Shown here one piece after another: positions 59,802 through 64,000 of a stretch of 64,000 nt of DNA (positions within the stretch are counted from its first letter, which is position 1; each line of letters starts with the position of its first letter). The notes below the pieces were generated by a model. The model was not told where the DNA came from and ran no database searches. It saw only the letters and a list, made by a program, of their open reading frames with translations. This stretch comes from an uncultured Planctomycetales bacterium (lineage in GTDB: Bacteria; Planctomycetota; UBA1135). Location: NCBI GenBank assembly GCA_964342475.1, contig CAYFGE010000015.1, positions 1,363 through 65,362 of the forward strand, read 5' to 3'. A program made the translations under genes and the position numbers.

Positions 59802-62671
59802 ATGGCGAACTCACCGCGACGATCCATCCGCCGGTTGCTCACGCTCCTTCCGGCCACCTTCCTGCTCTTTTCCCTGCCCTCCTGCGAAGGCGACAACGGC
59901 CTCCCCGGCAACGACGGAGCCCAGGGCCCTCCCGGAGAGAGCACCGACACCCAGCTCGGCCGGCGTGACCTGCTGCCCGGCCTGAACATCTCGGTGGTCA
60001 GCCTGTCCGGCGGTTCCTTCGTCGGCGACCCCGGCCACTTCAAGGTCGGCGACAAGATCAAGGTCACCTTCACGGTCAAGAAGGACGACGGCACGGACAT
60101 CCCGATCGAGAACCTCGACGCGCTGCGCGCGATCGTGTCCGGTCCGACGAGCAACTACAACGCGCTGATCGAGCGGCAGAACGACGTCGCCTCGGCCGCA
60201 GTGGACAACGGGGACGGCACCTACACCTACACCTTCCCGGTCAAGATCCCGGCCACCTATCCCGCCCCGCTCAACGACACGACCTCCTTCGGCGTGCTCG
60301 ACGACGAGTTGCAGGGTCTCCCGCTGCAGGCGGGCACCTACACGGTCGGCCTCGAGGCCTACCGCTACTACTACATCGAGGACGTCCGCTACCGCGACGC
60401 CGGCAACCTCACCTTCGACTTCCTGATCGGCAACGCCTCGACGCTGGTCTCGCGTGAGGTCACGACGAACGAGAACTGCTTCCAGTGCCACACCGAGTTC
60501 CGCGCCCACGGCGGCTCGCGGCGCGACCTGACCTACTGCCTGCTGTGCCACACCTCGGGCGCAGAGGACCGCAACTCGCCCGGCGCGGCCGGCGGCACCC
60601 CCGGGGTCTCGATCGACTTCTCGGTCATGATCCACAAGATCCACAACGGGGAGCACCTGCCTTCCGTGAACGGCGTGGCGACCAACGCCAACGGCAGCCG
60701 CAACTACGACGCGACGCCGCAGCCCTACCAGGTGGTCGGCCACCGCGACTCGATCCACGACTACTCGCACATCGCCTTCCCGGCCTGGCCGAGCCTGTCC
60801 TACCCGACCGCCCGCGACTTCGGCTACAGCTCGCTGACCAGCGACCAGAAGTCCCAGGAGGACACGATCCGCACCGGCGTGATCAGCTGCGACATGTGCC
60901 ACGGCGACCCCGACGGCGACGGACCGCTGGCCGCGCCGGCCCAGGGCGACCTGGCCTACACCAACCCGCAGATGCACACCTGCGGCTCCTGCCACGACGA
61001 CGTCGACTGGGACCTGCCCTACACCTCGAACGGCGTGACCATGCCGGCGCAGTCGAGCAACGACTTCTGCGCGGCCTGCCACCCCGAGACGGGCGCCTGG
61101 TCGGTGCGCGACAGCCACACCCACCCGCTTTCGACCCCACGGTCAACCCCGGCCTGAACTTCGCCGTGACCTCGGTGGACGAGGCCGGCACGAACGACGG
61201 CGACGGCACCTTCGACCCGGGCGAGAAGGTCCAGGTCACCTTCACCATCGAGGACGACGCGGGCAACCCGGTCGCCGCCACCGACCTGAACTCCTTCAGC
61301 GTCGTGGTCGCCGGCCCGGTCGAGAACCGCAACATCGTCCTGAGCGGTTCCGTGCCGCGGGACGGCGTCGGCGCCGGCCCGACCTACGTCAGCAACATCC
61401 CGATCTCGGTGGACCTCGAGCAGGTCGGCCAGTCGTCGAACGACACGCTGGTCGAGGCCTTCGCGGTCGCCTACCCGTCGATCTGGGACACCGCCCAGGC
61501 CGGCACCACGGTCTGGCTGCTGACCGGCACTTCGGTCGGCAGCACGCTCGCCGCTGCGGGCGAGGCGGGCCGCAACTACGTGGACGTGGTCGCCGGCGGC
61601 GTGTTCACGCGAGACGACGTCGTCGTCCTCGACCCGGGCGGCGCCGACGAGGAGTTCCACGAGGTGGCCCACGTCGACGGCAACCGCGTCTTCTTCCAGG
61701 ACACGATCGACTACAACCAGCTGGCGGGCGCCTCGCTCGACTTCGCCACGCTGACCGAGCAGACCCTGGGCGTGGACTACACCCTCGACGCGCCGAACGG
61801 CGTGGTCACCGAGTTCGCCGCCGCGAGCTTCCCGGCCGGCAGCTCGGTGGTGGTGAGCTACACCGGTGACTGGGTGGTGCCGGACGACTTCCCGGCCGCG
61901 CTCAACGACTCGCCCGACCTCGACGCGACCTGGGGCGAGTGGAGCGGCCTGCCGATGGCCGACGGCACCTACACCGTCGCGCTGTGGGGCTACCAGACCG
62001 TGACCCACGTGCTCAGCGGCGAGACCAACACCTACCGCTGGGCCGCCGAGGCCGCCTCGCAGGACGTCCTGTTCGGCGACGCCGCCACGCTCGACGAGTA
62101 CACCCTGATCGACTCCGACGCCTCCTGCCTCGGCTGCCACCAGCAGCTGATGTTCCACGGCGCCGGCCGTCGCGGCTACCTCGCCTGCGTGCTGTGCCAC
62201 GGCACCGCAGGCAGCGAGGACCGGCCGCAGTACGTGGCGGGCAACGCCCCGGCCACGGAGGGGACGCCGATCGAGTTCCGCCACATGCTGCACAAGATCC
62301 ACATGGGCGGCGACCTGTCCGCGCCGGAGGACTTCCTGGTCATCGGCTACGGCCCGGGCGGCTACCCGGACAACTGGCGTCCGCACACCTACGAGCACGT
62401 CGTCTTCCCGACCTTCGTCGGCGGCGTCAAGGAGTGCAACGTCTGCCACGGCGACTCGAACACCGCGTGGATCGAGCCGGCCGACCGCAGCCACCCGACC
62501 TCCGGTGCCCCGGCCCGCAGCTGGCGCAACGCCTGCACCTCGTGCCACGACGCGGCCTACGTCGAGGCCCACGCCGACGTGAACACCAGCATGTCGGGCG
62601 TCGAGTCCTGCGCCGTGTGCCACGACGCCACGGGCGACTACGACGTCGAGCTGATGCACCGCAGCTACTGA
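59802..62671 (+). pseudogene. MtrC/OmcA-like decahaem c-type cytochrome lipoprotein, interrupted by a 1-nt frameshift near 61127
   Basis: Part 1 (59802-61157, frame 0) has lipobox LLFSLPSC, a beta-rich region and five CxxCH sites (CFQCH, CLLCH, CDMCH, CGSCH, CAACH). Part 2 (from ~61127 in frame -1 to 62671) has a second beta-rich region and five CxxCH sites (CLGCH, CVLCH, CNVCH, CTSCH, CAVCH). The two pentahaem modules are clearly homologous (C..CH..F.AHGG.RR....C.LCH vs C..CH...MFHGAGRR....CVLCH). Confidence 0.75.
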
Positions 62672-62696
62672 TCCGTCCTCCCGACGGACCATCCCC

Positions 62697-62724
62697 GGGG
62701 CGGGGCGCGCGAGCGCCCCGCCCC
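62697..62724. terminator. 12-bp perfect GC hairpin between convergent cytochrome and kinase genes
   Basis: GGGGCGGGGCGC (62697-62708), loop GCGA, then GCGCCCCGCCCC (62713-62724). Confidence 0.45.
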
Positions 62725-62733
62725 GCACCTCGT

Positions 62734-64000
62734 TCAGGCGGCGTTGCCGTCGGCGCGGTTCAACGGCAGCGTGACGCGGAAGGTCGTGCCCTGGCCGGGG
62801 GCGCTGCGCACGGTCACGTGCCCGCCGAGGTCGTTCACCCGGTCGCGCACGATGCTCAACCCGATGCCGGTCCCCTCGGCCATGGCGATGGCCGCGTCGT
62901 GGCGCACGTGCGGCTCGAAGATCGAGCTCAGCTCGTCCTGGCTCATCCCGATGCCGTGGTCCCTGACCTCGAGCGCCACCTGGCCGCTGCCGAGCAGCGT
63001 GAGCTCGAGGCGGATCGGGGTCTCCACCCTCGAGTACTTCGCGGCGTTGGTGAGCAGGTTGACCACGATCTGCGCGACCCACTCCGGGTCCGATTCCACG
63101 ATCACCCGCTGCTCCGGCAGGTCGAGCACGAGGTCGAACTCCCGTCCGTAGGGCCGCAGGCAGTCGGCGGCCACCCGCTGGATCTGCTCGTTGAGGCAGA
63201 AGCTCTCGACCTCGGCCTGGTCCAGCGCGCCGCTGTCCTGCCGCTGCAGGGCGAGCATCGAGTTGAACAGGCGCTCCAGCCGCCCGAGCGGGGAGCTGAG
63301 GTCGGCGAGGAGCTCGCTGACCTCCGCAGCTTCCATGCGCTCGCCGTGCCGGCGGATGAGTTCCAGGGTCGACGAGATCTGCGCCAGCGGGGTGCGGAAC
63401 TCGTGCGAGGAGGCCTGGAAGGCCAGGTTGCGGTGCTTCAGGCGCTGGTTCTCGCGCAGGATCACCTCCTCGGCCCGGCGGCGCCGGATCTCCGCCGCGA
63501 TCATCGGCGCGGCGATCGCAGCGAACTCCTCGAGCGCGGCGCGGTCGGCGCCGGAGTAGCGGCCGGTCTCCTTCGACTCGGAGTCGAAGACCCCCAGCAG
63601 CTGGCCGTCCAGCACCACCGGCACGCACAGCTCCGAGCGGCCGCCGAAGGAGTCGCCGACGTAGCCGGGGAACTCGGTGATGTCGTCCAGGAGGATCGTG
63701 CGCCGCTCGAGCCCCGCGGTGCCGACCACCCCCTTGCCGAGCGGCAGGGTCAGCGGCTGGGCGAGGATCTGGAGGGCGGGGGAGTCCGTCCCCGCCACCG
63801 CGACCTGCGTCAGGAGCTGGTTCTGGTGGCGGTAGATGACGATGTCCTCGAGGTCGAGCAGGTCGGCGATCCCCTCCGCGATGCGCAGGAAGAGCGCCTC
63901 GAGCGAGGGCGGCGAGTGGAGCATCCGCGCGAAGCGGCTGGCCCGCGTCTCCACCTCGAGGTCCTCGTGCCGCCGCTCGAGCTCCTCGTAGAGGACCTCC
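62734..64000 (-). CDS. GAF-domain sensor histidine kinase (N-terminus probably outside window)
   Basis: H-box SSHEFRTPLAQI, N-box VNLLTNAAKY, G1 VRDHGIGM, G2 GTGIGLSIV. A GAF-like N-terminal part is present (GKGVVGTAG...CVPVVLDGQLLGVFDSES). The frame stays open upstream of the GTG at 63952-63954 to the window edge. Confidence 0.85.
   Translation of the reverse strand, partial: EVLYEELERRHEDLEVETRASRFARMLHSPPSLEALFLRIAEGIADLLDLEDIVIYRHQNQLLTQVAVAGTDSPALQILAQPLTLPLGKGVVGTAGLERRTILLDDITEFPGYVGDSFGGRSELCVPVVLDGQLLGVFDSESKETGRYSGADRAALEEFAAIAAPMIAAEIRRRRAEEVILRENQRLKHRNLAFQASSHEFRTPLAQISSTLELIRRHGERMEAAEVSELLADLSSPLGRLERLFNSMLALQRQDSGALDQAEVESFCLNEQIQRVAADCLRPYGREFDLVLDLPEQRVIVESDPEWVAQIVVNLLTNAAKYSRVETPIRLELTLLGSGQVALEVRDHGIGMSQDELSSIFEPHVRHDAAIAMAEGTGIGLSIVRDRVNDLGGHVTVRSAPGQGTTFRVTLPLNRADGNAA

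Noticed and set aside
61121-61130. Programmed -1 ribosomal frameshift as the explanation for the split decahaem gene
   Set aside because: The junction (C CAC CCG C) is not an X XXY YYZ slippery heptamer, and I see no obvious downstream stimulatory structure. A sequencing or assembly error or a genuine inactivating indel is more parsimonious. It is kept as a minor possibility in the finding.

Overview
This is a very GC-rich, densely coding chromosomal segment. Two 60-nt lines I hand-counted gave about 60% and 80% G+C. It appears to come from a diderm bacterium, because lipoboxes, Tat signals and outer-membrane beta-barrels are present. I can support about 48 protein genes, one frameshifted gene and several GC hairpins. 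I recognised no rRNA, tRNA, CRISPR array, transposase, integrase or phage gene. Gene order: (1) The tail of an aa3/caa3-type cytochrome c oxidase operon (ctaE, ctaF and an extra subunit-III-like gene) meets a convergent oxidase-biogenesis operon (SCO, DUF420, dihaem cytochrome c, ctaA, ctaB). (2) An OPT transporter plus porin pair follows. (3) A 17-kb co-directional sugar island (8800-26142) holds a complete phosphorylated L-rhamnose pathway: GH78 rhamnosidase, rhaA, rhaB and rhaEW. These are interleaved with DUF1080, Gfo/Idh/MocA (two with Tat signals), ThuA and ApbE genes, plus an unassigned permease and a 56-aa microprotein. (4) A minus-strand cluster contains CDGSH, OPT, a pilin-like gene, OPT and two tandem FabH-like genes. 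(5) A Thr-nucleophile sulfatase-like lipoprotein comes next. (6) A 521-bp lower-GC spacer precedes a divergent ECF-like sigma operon. That operon encodes a small secreted His-rich peptide, a 1028-aa multi-beta-sandwich surface protein, a related lipoprotein and an M28 peptidase. (7) An actinobacterial-style fused Kgd/OdhA follows. (8) Two tandem cytochrome c peroxidases follow. (9) A 2645-aa secreted TPR / alpha-2-macroglobulin / TPR protein lacks the thioester motif. (10) A phosphate porin and a glycerophosphodiesterase sit head-to-head. (11) DUF389 and CBS proteins follow. (12) An MtrC/OmcA-like decahaem lipoprotein is split by a 1-nt frameshift. (13) The window ends in a partial GAF histidine kinase. 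The gene content is reminiscent of PVC/Planctomycetota-like or similar high-GC lineages, but this is inference only. The candidates most worth follow-up are the giant A2M fusion, the orphan frameshifted decahaem cytochrome, the sigma/peptide/surface-protein operon and the OPT-KASIII-CDGSH cluster. All family calls come from motif recognition by eye; no database search was run.
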